64,000 nt of DNA from Bugula neritina (lineage: Eukaryota; Animalia; Bryozoa). This document shows positions 15,101 to 64,000 of the stretch, in pieces. The position numbers were made by a program, and so were the translations under genes. Location: positions 10,716,722-10,780,721 of the forward strand of contig OZ037766.1 in the NCBI GenBank assembly GCA_964035545.1, given 5' to 3'. Positions within the stretch are counted from its first letter, which is position 1. Every line of letters begins with the position of its first letter. The notes under the pieces are model-generated. The model was not told where the DNA came from. It worked only from the letters and a program-made list of their open reading frames with translations, and searched no databases.

Positions 15101-16712
15101 CAGGAAGGTGTAGCATTCATATTGCACACATATGACTGCATGAGAGGTAGGAGGCCTGAGCTAGGCATTGCTCTGGGCTCATATTTACCTGTGAATAAAA
15201 AATGGTTTCACTAAGCAAAACACATTTATTAGTTTTACTAGTAACAGTGCACTATATCAACAATGCTGTTAATACCTAATAACCTTAAACTATGAAAACA
15301 CTCAACACTTAACCAGATAGGGTTGTTAAACAACATAATGGACAGCATAAAGATGTCTCCAGTGGAAGTTAAAGGCTTGACTATAGCTATGGAAAAGGTT
15401 AAGTTCTGAGGTCAAACTTTTTCAACTTTTCAAGTGCTTAGTCAAAACTTCAAGAGAACATAATATCTTTTTTCAAAGCACTTTTACAAGAAGCGACTTT
15501 AGGCTTTCTTTAGACTTCACAGGTGCCTTATCTGTCTGGCAATAACCAGGCTTTCAAGCCAGGCATCCAGATAATATATGCATCAGAAAGTAAATTTCTT
15601 TGTATAAAATTTAATAAGACCTTTTTTAATCATATTTGTTTTTACAGCACAGAATAACAGTTTGCACTACATTGGTAAGGAGCATTAAGCTTTTTCAGTA
15701 ACATGAAAAAGTACGGGTGGCAAAAGACTTGTAACACTTTTATATAGGATAAACATGTCAACAATGCAGAAAGCTGTGGAGTGGTGGAGTAATGCTGCCC
15801 TGGCCACATGTTTACATGTAAGAGAGTTGTTTTTAGTAGTGTGTTGTAAAAAGAACTTACATTCTTTCACATCTTCTACAGGATACATGTTTCTGATTGT
15901 CACTATGACAACAAGCAAAACAATTGGCCATCCAATTTGAAGTAATGAAGTACCCTGAGAAAAGAAAACAGTGGTGAAAACATCAAGACTTTGACATCAT
16001 TGAGTTAGAGGTAGTGCAGCCAGATCAAATAGTTGTCTGAATGAGACATAATTCTTTGAGTTTTTAAACTCATTTTTTTAAATAATATGTTAAACAACAC
16101 CATGCACTCAGCATTAGCCAAGCCAAAAAGAGCTAGAAGATGGGCTTGGCATATGTTGAACATCAACTGTTTTATATAGCTTAAGCTTTAGATGCTATAA
16201 TAAAAATAAAATAGAAAAAAAATATTGGTAACTTGAAATCTTTAGTAGAAGATAGCATTAGCTGCATAGCATGCTGTACATTCGTGTGCGGCTTTCCTCT
16301 TGAATACCATTGCACAAGCTGCTATATTATGTACTTGTAAATGATCAGTGTGAGTAGTACGTAGGGCTACTACTACTAGTCAGACAGGCTAGTACGTGGG
16401 TAGCTACAGCCATAAAAAAAACACGAATGCTATCAAACCTATTTCTAAATTGTTTAAACCGAAAAGGTAACTTGTTTCAATCTGTAATCATAATGACAAT
16501 GCTGCTAAGATGTGGTGGTGCTAACAGTAACTGCTAAGCAGTGTACATGTAGACACATTTGCTACCGGTACTGGTAGTTTTGTAGTGTCTTGCATATGCC
16601 AAGGATAGGTAGTAATATAAATACATATGAAAAATCAGTTTCTTACCCATCTCCGTTTACGTTCTATAAAGTTTTGTTTTAGCAACAATCCAAATTGTTT
16701 GAAGACACCCAT
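187..16712 (-). CDS. ABCA-subfamily ABC transporter, N-terminal part (TM1 plus greatly expanded extracellular domain 1); gene continues beyond the left edge
   Basis: Exons in transcript order (minus strand): 16647-16712, 15861-15954, 15062-15188, 12974-13128, 12369-12502, 11539-11745, 10985-11190, 10049-10191, 9301-9431, 8789-9007, 8057-8292, 7513-7646, 7115-7300, 6469-6602, 5019-5239, 4235-4365, 3884-3993, 3171-3386, 2714-2916, 2345-2487, 1503-1630, 642-836, ~187-410 (last donor uncertain). All are GT-AG and phases are consistent throughout. N-terminus MGVFKQFGLLLKQNFIERKRRW-GTSLLQIGWPIVLLVVIVTIRNMYPVEDVKEC-KYEPRAMPSSGLLPLMQSYVCN matches the ABCA signature (cf. ABCA1 QLRLLLWKN...WP...CHFPNKAMPSAG...IC). 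Paralog not assignable. Confidence 0.88.
13148..13295. repeat. ~22-bp minisatellite in an ABCA intron
   Basis: acaacacctacactttatctac and acgatagtagctacactttatctac units. Confidence 0.85.
14735..15045. repeat. degenerate tandem repeat in an ABCA intron
   Basis: Recurring tagtcatg...tatattatagtgatcagt(g/a)tatccagtcatag. Confidence 0.7.
16647..16712 (-). CDS. ABCA first coding exon (MGVFKQFGLLLKQNFIERKRRW)
   Basis: ATG at 16712, 22 codons, GTAAG donor; xLxxKN-like ABCA N-terminal motif. Confidence 0.9.
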
Positions 16713-19700
16713 AGCTGTTAGACTAAGAAGTCTAGGATTGCCAGGTGTAGCGAAAGTTTCTGTCGCTGTGAATTGATGCTAGAACTCCGTCATGGCACAG
16801 TTGTAAGATATGTAAGCCCCTTCTACTTTAATCTAATAAATAAAATATTTCGCGATACTTTCGTTTAAACAAAGAAATAGTAACTTCCAAAATTAAAATA
16901 TAGTCCGCGGTTGCAGTGGCTGTAGACGTAGTAGCTCAGTGATTAGTACTTCAGGAGACTCCGCGAAGTTTACTATTACGCACGTGTTGCATGTTTGCGC
17001 GTTCTTAGCCGTGCTCAATTGATTCGCTAAAGCCTTGACCTATAATTTGCCCCGAAAAGTATATTGGGTGCATAAGCCCCGCCTTACGTATACAGACGGC
17101 TGCTCTCAGTATTCAAGCCTCCAGCGTCGAACTGGCATTGAAAGCAAAAATCAATGTAACTGCAATGTAATTAATAGAAGCACCTACATTTTGATTTTGC
17201 TAGTGTAAAGCTGAAACTTTGAAACATAAGATAGTTTTTATATTTCTTGTAATTAGAGAAACGTTAAAATTTAAATAACATACTTATAAGTTCTAAGTAC
17301 ATCAGTTCCTTCCCTTTTAGGCTGTAAGCATTCCAGTTTAAACAGTCATAAGGGACATTTTTTATGGCTTTTAGCCACTTCTTGATTCAAAGCTTTAATT
17401 CTATTAAAGAGCTTCAATCCTATTGGGCCCAGCTTTAAGCATCTAAATTCTAAGCCCTTTTAGCAGAATTTTAAAAATAAACTTGCAATCTGTTGCAGTA
17501 AACGATTCCTATTTTGAGCAACTAAGTAATTTTCTCGTCTAAATAAAATAAAAAAATTAAAAACAGAAACTGCGCTGTTTGTGTTGAAATTTTAAATTTA
17601 CAAAAAAATATTGTTTTTACTTTTGTTTTTTTACCATAATGTGAAAAGTATAACATAATCAAGAAATTGACATTGCTTAATCTTTGAAACTATTCCCCAA
17701 ACATTATTTTCTGTCAAAAAATGTGTTATTTTGTCAATACTGTTGCAACAGGTGAACCAATGTAATTTTAGCTAATAGAACTAACTAGTTTAGACATTAA
17801 GATCACATAAATTAAACAAGATTAAAATTCTTTCAATGTATCTGAGATGAAGTCGTCTACAAATTTGTTAAAAAAAATTCCGCTAAAGTTGGGCTGCATT
17901 TGTGTAGTCTAAAATGACATAATTTAATTTGCACGTGCAAAATAAATTTGGTACGACTTATATAATATATAATAATATATGTATAATATACAATAAGGGT
18001 GTGGCAGGTAGGCAGTTAAGAACTCTCTTTAATGTGTAAATATCTTAAAAGTGTAAAAAATTGTATTTTAAAAGCATACATGTATAATATTGTGTGAAGA
18101 GTGTATATGTATACATTATTTAAGCAAGTGGTGTTGGGTGTAAAAAGATGAACTTACCAAAGTCAATTTACAAGTTGTAGCTGATCTTACACTAAGGAAT
18201 CCTTAATGTGGTTTGGACAACCAGCTTGGATTTACGTATATGTAAAACACAGCAATGTTTGAACAAGATGCAGTTTAAATATCAAAGTATACAGACTGCA
18301 CAGTTATTTGTACAGTGAATCAGCTGTACCTGTTTGTGCGCATGTGTATTTTTAGGTATGCATCAGTTTTATATTAAGCTATTACCACTTATTTTGTGAG
18401 AACATAACTCCCTAAACAGTTAGCGAGACATATGCACATGATATTATGTAAGAAATCAATTATAGTCATATTTTGTTAAAAAAAATTATTTTCAACAATT
18501 TGTTGTAGTTAGAAGTACCTTATTTTATTATATAAAATTGACCTACAATGCTATGTATTTGCAATAAGTGCAATTTCTCCTTATTTTTTGTCTATTAACA
18601 GGTATTTTAGTGACCATCCTGCACACATTGCAAATATCTCTCTACAACCTACAGGCTAAGTTATGATTTGTTAGTTTTTTTCATAGCCAACTTACTTATA
18701 CCACCATATTATCAGTATTTCCATGAGATGCTGTAATTTGCAAAATGTTCATCAAACAACTAGCAAAAATACTGACATCAAAATTCTAAAAATTGTAATA
18801 CTAACTAATATACTATTATGTAACATTAACTAAAAATTAAATTTCTTTGAAGCAAAAAAAATATACATAGATTTAGAAACTGTTAAGATAGCAATAAACA
18901 TAAGCAAATCCATATTGCAAGTTTCTTGCGCATATTTTGTGGTACATCTTCTAGCATTGGTAACTGAATAGTATAAACTCATGTTATATATAGAAACAAA
19001 TTGCATGCATATGATTTGTATATATCCATCGGAATACCAAAGATTATTTTTTATAGTGTAGTTCAAAATTTTTAGCAAGGAGTAAGGGGCGAAAAAGAGA
19101 AACCCTGATGTGGAAAGATTTAGGTAAGACAATTTAAATATTTATGATGATCAAAAGCAGAATTTATAAAAGGCATCAACTATGTATTTTTGCCAAGACA
19201 AACAACTGATAGTGAATAAGTAGTAAGTGACTAGACAGCTTCATTGTAGTTTAATCTAACCCCATCCTTACTAATTTTATAGCAATCACTAGTTGTACAG
19301 GTACATAGCCTACAGGAAGTTCCACGTATTACACAATCAAGCAGAACTGCCGACTGCAAATGGAACATTCAGTCTAAAAATACTAATAAAATTACCACTA
19401 GAGAGAAAGATGTTAATAAACAAAGTGTGTTGGAGCATTTATAAACATTTAGGGGATAACTAGACTGCATAAGTTTATTATTATTCATCAGTACGAAAAG
19501 TGTTCACAATATCAAAATAGATGAAGTATTTGTTTATAGAAAATTGGAAAACACATTATGCATTCATTTCAAAAACAGTTAGAGGTGTGTGGCAAAATGG
19601 CTAATGCACCAAGTATACTGACAATGCAATGTGCTGCTAGTTATAATTCTACAGAGAGAATTATAAACATGATATACGATAAAAATTAGCATAGAAGCAG

Positions 19701-20339
19701 ATGACCTATTTGTTCAATAACTTATAAATAATAAAACTGCATCAAAAATTCATTTTAGTTAAATTTAAACAGAGTTGCATGACAACTGTGATAGAATGAA
19801 CACTATCAAAGAATGGTTGACACATTAGATACAAGAACTTGAGCATGGAATTGATGAAATGAAAAGGGATACACTAGTAGACAAATAGAAAAATAATTTT
19901 ACGATAAATTACTTAATTTTCATACGAAAAATTATTAAAAGACACAAAAATAAATATTATACATTTAATTATAGAGCATGTTTCTAAGACTTGACATTAA
20001 CTGCAAGAAGCATAAAAATCTGTAGCCATGTTCTTTTCTCCCACATGTCTAGCAGACTAACCATTTTATTAACTTTAGTCATCCTTATACTAAAATTAAA
20101 AACAGTTTCTAACAGAAAAAAAGTAATCAAAACATACAAAAAGTTGACTGTGATGGACTAGATGCCACAACAACAGTTTGGTATGGGTTGAAAATTAAAA
20201 GTGATATTCGAAAATATGACTGATGCAATGAGAAAACCAATTGCATAAAGCTAGTTGAGATTTATAGAAAGTAGTGGGAGCTGAGTAAAATATCGACTGT
20301 AGGTATGTTCTAGAATAAACTAGAGCAGCAGAGTCTATG

Positions 20340-56016
<35,677 letters not shown>

Positions 56017-57773
56017 TTTGATATTGACTGAAAACAATGGCTAAAGAGACTTGCTTCACTTTCACTCACCATCTACCAGTTCTTAACCTTCATTATACAC
56101 TAAAATATAAAATATACAATTGATAAATATATTTTAAGCTACTTATATTTATTGATAGAACTGAGAACTATATATTCACAACTCTACTAAAGCAATCATT
56201 ATAGAACAAAAGGTATCCAATGGCAACAGCATAGCCTAGGCATTATAAGATTGCATTGGAGATAAAAAGTTAAAGACAATGAATGCCATTTATGATATAT
56301 TTGTGTGGTTGTATCAACCTGTCTGTAGCCTGTAAACCAAAGTTACATGCTGAAATTCGTTGTATTAATCCTGACAGCTAACATAGCAGTAGTTTAGAAT
56401 AATGTGTGCAATATAGACTGGTAGGGTAAACTCTTGTTCCATTAACTCTAGTTCTAGACCTATCCCCAGCTTTAGCAAATCAACTTACACAAAAAGTACA
56501 ACATTATAAGTTACACAACAATAAAGTTAGGCTTACATAAAAATAGTTTGAGCACAGCTAGATAAATCTTTTAATTTTAATGGTTGAATGTAGCATATGG
56601 CACGTTTTAATGTCTAATTAGTTTTTTATTTGAAAGTGTTAGTGAAATTATGTAACAAATTGTATAAATGAATGTCACTGAAAAGGCATCTTCAAGTAAA
56701 TAATAATAATTAGAAATTAAAATTAGCTTAATCATAAAAAATTATCAATAGTCCAAGATCAAAGAACAAATTTTGTAAATAGATTATAATTATTATCCAG
56801 ATTTTTTGCAATTGTTTTTCTTTTTTTTGGTGTAAAACATTTAAGCAAGTCATTTCAATTTATATAGTATTTTTGAACAGTACAAACATTTCGAATTTTT
56901 AAAATTAAAAACTAAACAATAACTATAAGCATAAGTCAGTAACTATCAAGACTCCTTTTAATTGATGTTAGCAATTGGGCATGTCATTACTACTAAAAAG
57001 CCTTACTAAATTCAGCAGTACAACATAAGAGTAACTATTATGTATTATTGATATGTAAAAGTAGTTAAAAAAAACTCAATAGTAACTGTAAGTGGCTACA
57101 TAAACGATTTAATATATACTAAATGGTGACAAATGAAATCACTGCCAGCAGCAAAATAGCAATTATCAATAGTCAATGCTAGTTGTTTAGAAGTCAAGTT
57201 GCAAACCATGTACATAAAATTTGTATTAAGATTTAAATTGAGCTGGCAGTTGGCACAAACATGCTTACATTAAGTTTAAACACTGACTGTAAAAGTAAAG
57301 CTAAAGTGGGTTAAATCCAATGATAGGCAACCTATATCTCACCCATGTATTTTAGCTCTAGAGTCTAGGTTACACTGATACCTTTGATTATAGTCATACT
57401 CATGCTGTAATCTGAACATTAGACTTGGTAATAATCTGACCAGAAATTTCCATCTGGCTAGTTTGATAAACATTTGTGATTTGACTTACTTTAAACTATA
57501 GATTTTTACTTTCAGCAAATCAAGTATCCATAGAGAGACACTAAAAGTAAATCTGGGTGTCTGAACAAAAGTCAGAATGTGGTATAAGACTTAGATAAAG
57601 ATTGGATGATAAAAATATCATGGTATTACTAAAAGTGAAACATCACTGTAATAATACTAATAGTTATGAATATCAATGTAATTCTCAGTGCCAGTGTGGT
57701 AATACTAGTTCTGGTTCACGTGAGAAACCAGAACACCTAGGTCTATGGCTGCTCTTACAGTTACACAAGTTCA

Positions 57774-57900
57774 CAGTTTGAGTTAGTGTAACCGTTAGTT
57801 CGTGTTACCAACGCAACAGTAACTCAAACTGTAAGACTAAGAGTAAGTCGAAGTGTAACACTAACAGTAACTTACCCTCGCTCTTAGAGTTACTGTTAGT
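57774..57900. repeat. clustered short inverted repeats upstream of the slo coding start
   Basis: cagtttgagttagtgt / acagtaactcaaactg and ctaacagtaact / agttactgttag. Confidence 0.65.
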
Positions 57901-60780
57901 CAGTGAATGTGATCTTATGGCAATCTCACATAGAAATGAAAGGCTCTGGTTAAAACTTTAAAATTAAACTATCCATACATTACCTCGTTAGATACTAATC
58001 TAAACTTTGCATTGGAGGTTCACGACTCTGACGCTTCAATAAGCATTAGAAACAAGCGCACCAGCGCGCATCTCCATTGATTTTGAATCCATGGTCGTTG
58101 CCAATGGAGTTTCGCTTTGAGTTTACTAACAACTTTCACTTTGGGGGTACGGCGCAATATCGCTTACAGAGTTATCTTTCTATCTTTCTTTTTTAATGAG
58201 AGAGATAACTCTTTACTTTACTACTACTATCTTCTGATACAAAAATGGTTATAACATAATATTACAGAGCTAAAGCTGTATATAGATTATAGCTGCAACT
58301 CGTTGACAGTAGCAGCTATTATTGAAGTTTTTTCTTGTTAGTTATAACAAAGCTTTATGGAAATTCTCACACAGTTTTGTATATTTTGGTCTGTGCACTG
58401 TCATTGTAAGTTTGTTAGTTGTTGTGACGCTCACCATACACATTCATGTTCTATTTGCATATGTAGCTGCTTTACTATATCATCTTAGCCACAGCCACAG
58501 CTTTTAATTGGTGAGACATGAGTAACCTGATTTAGAGTTGTAATGATAAAATAATTACTATAAATCCAGTTTCCTATAATATACTTTGATTTGATTCAAT
58601 TTGAATTAACAAGATGTTATTTATGTTTCTATATCATGTCAATATTATTGTGTTTTTAGTTAGACAATATAGAGTTAATGCAGTTAAATACAATACTTCA
58701 CTACTGTACCTGCTGTTTTAACACCAACCCAAAAGTCTTGCTTCAAAACAAACAGCTATTCATAGTAAATAAAAATTCAATATGTTTTAAATGTCCCACA
58801 GTTCAAAATCAGTTTGAGTAAAAGCAAATCTTCCCATACTTACAACAATTAAAGCTACTAGAATCGTCAAAGGTCTCATTTATAGGAAAGACAATTAAAT
58901 AGGAATATATGTTATCATACCATAATAACAATATTATAATGGAAATAGAGAAGACAACTTGACAGAAAGGGTATGTTTAAATATACTATGTTACAGATAT
59001 TTAGCTATTGAACATACAAAGAAAGATTCATCATACTTACATAGAGCTCATTAACCTGTTGTACACTATAGGGGTGATTAATTATACAAAACATGTTACA
59101 ATATTTTGATGCTAGTATAATATAATACAAGCTAGATCTTGCCAAGAACTACAATATAGTGTTGCATATGACGGCCATCTCAAAATTGTGGGAAATTAAG
59201 TCCCAAAACTTGAATCACCAACAAAACAGTGAATTGGTTTTTAGTAAAATAATGTAAATGCAGCTGCAGGTTTAAAAATAGGCGGTCAAGAAAAAGCAAA
59301 ACTGTCAGCTGAGAAAATGACATATATCTTTGATTTATAGTAAAAAATGTGGCAAAATAACTTGTTTTAATAAATAACGAGGCTTACTAAATAATAAAAA
59401 CATGTGAGAGAGACTCAGAGCCAAGAACCAAGAGACTTTAAAAAGAAGCAAAATAAAAGCTTGATAAAGAAATATAGTGAAGCCTATAAACAGTTGTGTG
59501 ACTTTTACAGAACAATACCTTTTTCTAGAACTAAAAAGATTTGGAGTTTACAGATAAAAACTTTAGTTAGAACAGTTAAAACCATAAGATATGCTAAACT
59601 ACAAAAACGACAACATGGAAGGTAACAGGGTATGTAGGAATATTTAATTAATGTTAGCTTTGAATTTTTTCCAACACACACTAGAAGAATATGAAAGAAT
59701 AAATGGTAATAATAAAGTGAGAAATGAGTATGAATATAAAAAAGTTCAGAAGATGAGACCATGAGAAGACAATCTCTTACAAAGTTTTATAACAAATAGA
59801 AAGAGAGTTCACAAAATATAGAAACTGCCAGCTGGTTTGTTGTGGCACAATATAAGCAACTCCACAGTTAGTTTAAGGTCATTACTTTCCACATTCAGGC
59901 ACTGCTTTATGTTATATATAAACGGTTTCCAGGGGATAGCTCGAACAGTTTTTGTCTCACATTAACAAATTTTACATGAAAAGATAGCTCTTGCATTCCT
60001 CTTTCATATACTTTTTTAATTTTTCAATAAAAAATTTTCTGAGAAAGTTGTTGCATAATAAGTAAAATTTTACACCCTCCATGTTCCACTGCTGTAGCAC
60101 AGGGGATTCATTTTATAAAGTCTAAAAGTTAAACTTGACATTCCTTAATATGTTTTCTCTAATATACTTTCTTTGTTTTTTGAAATTCTGTTTATGCTCT
60201 TCACAATTTGGTAAAAACATACACCATTTTGCAAGTTTCACTGCAATTATCTAAATTCTTCATATGGTGGTTCTAGCTACGCTCCTGTGACTAATTATAA
60301 CATTCCTAGTACGTTTGCCGCTCTGCGCTATCACAATAACATATAGTACCCTCTCGCACAAATTGGCAATCTATTGGATTTCTGCCAATATAATGTTCCC
60401 TGTTTTACATTAGCACTTAGCTGAATCATCTCACTATGTTACAATCTATTGACAATGCCTCAGCACAACATAATTCTTTGTTTGTTTGGCAGAGTTAATT
60501 TCTTCAGCTAAATCACTTCACTTTGCAGTCTTGTCAGTAAAGGTCTGTCTATAGTGCAGCAGTTGTACTTCCAGTTTCTCTAATTCACATATGATTATTT
60601 TAAGTACATTGTATTCTATAAGATCAATTTAAAGTTTAGCCCAGTGTTCAGTAGCTAAGTATTATGCATGTATGTTGTCTTACTGTTGAACAAAAGTTAA
60701 AAAAAACTTTACAATTATAGCCATATTTATTATACATGCGTAGGATTTGCATAAATTGACAAAAAAAAATGCAGCATAAT

Positions 60781-60840
60781 AGGATTGAACCATGACCAAC
60801 CAGCTTCTCGCTGACGCCTTTAACCTCTGGACCACGCAGT
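60781..60840 (-). mobile_element. tRNA-like SINE head, degenerate
   Basis: Minus strand gcgtggtccagaggttaaaggcg...ggttcaatcct (A and B boxes); no full cloverleaf. Confidence 0.4.
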
Positions 60841-63499
60841 CATCGTTAATAAATTGCCAACTATATGAGTAACTATGAGTACATAAATATTTTGCGTGCA
60901 AATGGGTTATAATTATTAGGCTGTCAATTCATGTTGATAGCAGTCAACTGTTGCAATAGTCTCGGGTTACTAGCAAAGCTAATGGTTTTGAACAAATAAC
61001 CCAAAAGTTTAAAAATAAGTAGCTTGCGTATTACTAACTACAAAAACAGGTCTGAAATAGACTGGTAAAGCAAGCTCTTATTGTAGAGTTTGCAGATGTG
61101 CTCTAAAATAAAACTTAAACTGTATGCTATTACATAAGTATTTGTATGCGAGAGATATAAATGGACATTACTGAGTTTCTGGAAAACAACATACTTGAAG
61201 TTAACTTTGACAATGGTGTTTTCTTTTCATCATAGCTAGCCTATAGCATAAATCTCTAATCATATGAATCTTTATGAAGCCCACAGCTCATGTAAGGGTG
61301 GCAATGTAATTTGAAACGAACAATTATGTTGCTGCATTGTGTCTAAGGTATATTAGAGAGCAGAATTTGGTTTTACTAGCCTACCCCAACGGCATTCTAC
61401 AATGCAGCTTATATGCTGGCAGTTGTAATAAGTACAGCCGATAGCAAGGTTACTATCACTGCTAGCTCTGTGCAGTATGTAACCTCTTGAATAATTGCGC
61501 CAATTTTAAACTCTTGGAAGTTGGCCAAGTTATCATATCGCAGCCAGCCACCGGAGACAAAGCATCAGAGCTATTCATATAATATTATACTGATGCACTT
61601 GGTAGCAGAGTGGCTAATCTAATATAGTTCATAGTTCAACACCCTTTACTTTGGGAATACAGCCTCTTTTTTTAGGTTTACCTTACAAAGCATGAACATA
61701 TCTAAACTGATATTCTGATAATTTAGAGGTACATTTTGAAAACTAGGTTAATTGCACTTGTTTGCACAACAACAATAATAAAATAGATATTATGCAGTAT
61801 AATAAAAACACACATAATACTATATAATATATTATAATGATAATAATATAATATTATAAGTACCATTACTGCATTTTATAAATCACATGGTTGCCAAAAA
61901 AATGTATCACAAATTTTGTAATTATACATCAAAAATAGAACTATAGCTAGGCAGCAGGTTAGAATAGAGTAAATTTTTAAAACATGAAATCATGATTTGA
62001 CTATTGTTTTATTTAGGCCAACCAACCTAGGAATACAAGATTGGGTTTTAGCTGACAGTTTATAACATTTAGCTTTTGAGCCAGCAGCACTGGCACTTGT
62101 GAAGTATAGGCAAAGTTAGTGAAGCGAGACTAACAAGCACTCAAATACAAGGCATATTGAGACACAATAACAAGTCAGGAGCGTATAAATTGAAAAGAAT
62201 GTGGAAGGGGGACTATGTTTTTCAACAAGCTATAACTTAAACATGAATTGGCTTTTGAAAAAAATAAAAAAGTATATTGGAGAACATAAGTTTCTTTATC
62301 TTTTCATATTTTTTTTGTTCCTGTGACATTCAACCTGTTCGAGCTATCAGTGGAACATTGTTCATATAGAACATAAAGCACCTGGCAAAGAGCCAGAAAA
62401 TGAAAAGTGTGACCTTAAACTAACTGTGTCCCATTAATGGCAAGAAAGTCAAAATGAAAAACATAGCATGGTGTCACGCATTGCCTACTGTCTTAATATC
62501 AACTAGAGTCCATAATATCTTACTACACCTAGTAGTTATAGTGGTGAATCATGCTTCCATGTTATTGTCATAGTCAGCATCTTTATAATATAATATTTGC
62601 ATAGTCCTTACTAAGCAGTTAATCTTCAGATTGCACAGTGTTATGCTAAAATTACTATTCTTAGTAGTTGTGCCTAATAAATATATTATATTATACGTAG
62701 TGCATTATAAGCCAAAACCACCTTGTCACATATTAATACACTATATACCAACACACGTAAAATATAGCACCAACATAATTATTTAAAGTTAGCATCATTA
62801 GAATATATAAAGCGATATACTAAGGGAAAGATGCTGAATGTACAACTTTAGATGTACATGTAAAGCTTTCACCCAGAACTTACAACACTTGTGTACTTTC
62901 AAAAGAATACAGACCAGAGTCACTGCATAAAGTACTGCATAGAAACAAGGAAATTAGAAAGACATAAACCACAGTTGCTAAAAAAGTAGTGAGCAACAAG
63001 GAAGTTAACATACTTTAGTATTACAGAATAATGACAGAGTAGTATAGAAACAAACAGCATGCAGCAATCTTTCCAGCTATTAACTGTTGACTATCTTGTT
63101 AGCAAAACTTGGATCTCTCAATTATGGATTAATTTCTTACTATATTATGAAAACTCTCTGTTTGTTTGCCAAGTGCCTATATGCTAAATATTTCAGGGTC
63201 ACATGAAACGTAAAATTCAAACTACAAGGACAACTTGTAAATATGAGTAATCATGGGACTTGGGAATAATCTCTAAACTTATACGAAACTGCCAATATCA
63301 CTGAGGAGTTGTGTACTCATGTCTGTGTTGCTGTAGTCTCTTTGAATTCTGTTCGCTCTGCAAGTCATGAAAAGCCTGTGTATATTGGAACATATCGGAG
63401 AAAGACACTAGCTGTTACAATCAAAGCTACAGAAATAAAATCATGATGAAAAGCACTGGCGTAGCTGCTAATATATTGTTTTAATTGAGGGAGAGAGAG

Positions 63500-64000
63500 A
63501 GGGCAAGCATCTGTCAGGGTTGACAATGCATAGCATCTTCAGTGCTGGTGTCTTGCACGTCTAGTCATAGGCATCTTTATGTTGTTCTCTGAGTCGAATG
63601 TCTGTCTGACATGAAGGATTTGTCTCCATTTTGTCACAGGAAAGTGTGGTAAAGTTGTTAGAATTTATATAGAAGTACTTGAGATCTCGCTTTAAGACAT
63701 CTTTAAACCTTAGACAAGTTTTTCGCCATGAAGCAAGATGTGTGGAATGTGTGCTTTGGCATCCGGTTTAAGTGACCAGCCCAGGGAAGGCTGAGAAATT
63801 TCAGTTTTGAGGAAAGAGGACTTGAACCTGTGAGTTGAAAAACATCTTTACTTGTCCTCTTGTCTTTTCAGCTTTTGCCAATAATGTATCTTAAGCTTCT
63901 AGTGTGAAAAGCACTGAGTTTTGATTCTTGGCATAGATATGTTGCCCAAGTTTCTTATCCATAAAGAAGAATGCTGAGGACACACGTTTCATAGACCCTA
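63500..64000 (-). mobile_element. degenerate RTE-clade non-LTR retrotransposon, C-terminal fragment
   Basis: Minus-strand translation RVYETCVLSILLYG*ETW...SAFHTRSLRYIIGKS*KDK...LPWAGHLNRMP...RFKDVLKRDL, with stops and frameshifts. Confidence 0.8.

Noticed and set aside
58300-63200. Short ORFs in the upstream region (e.g. 59404-59625)
   Set aside because: Low-complexity AT-rich composition, no motifs, no consistent exon chain.
63298-63411. Possible terminal exon of another minus-strand gene (LVSFSDMFQY...TTPQ*)
   Set aside because: No recognisable homology and no supporting exons within the window.

Overview
AT-rich eukaryotic (invertebrate animal; lineage is inference only) genomic window holding two intron-rich genes in tandem on the minus strand. 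(1) A complete Slo1/BK Ca2+- and voltage-activated K+ channel gene, CDS ~56016 to 20340, about 1100 aa, reconstructed exon by exon with consistent splice phases. (2) The 5' ~1250 codons of an ABCA-subfamily transporter, ATG at 16712, running off the left edge. The main observations are these. The whole BK pore exon (turret, pore helix, TVGYG filter, first half of S6) is tandemly duplicated as two intact 171-nt exons only 55 nt apart. This is a probable mutually exclusive pore switch, and the copies differ at the external TEA/toxin site (GYGDIY vs GYGDIV). There are clusters of frame-preserving candidate cassette exons and microexons in RCK1 and the RCK1-RCK2 linker, and a 6x tandem amplification of one exon/5' splice-site junction. 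The ABCA ectodomain is built from about five tandem copies of a four-exon, ~235-aa module. A 4.6-kb PIF/Harbinger transposon lies in a slo intron (TAA TSD, MADF gene, 3'-truncated transposase with a GC-AG intron and a fold-back microsatellite). Also present: a hairpin MITE, tRNA-derived SINEs and an RTE-type LINE remnant. All exon models were read by eye and have no transcript support.
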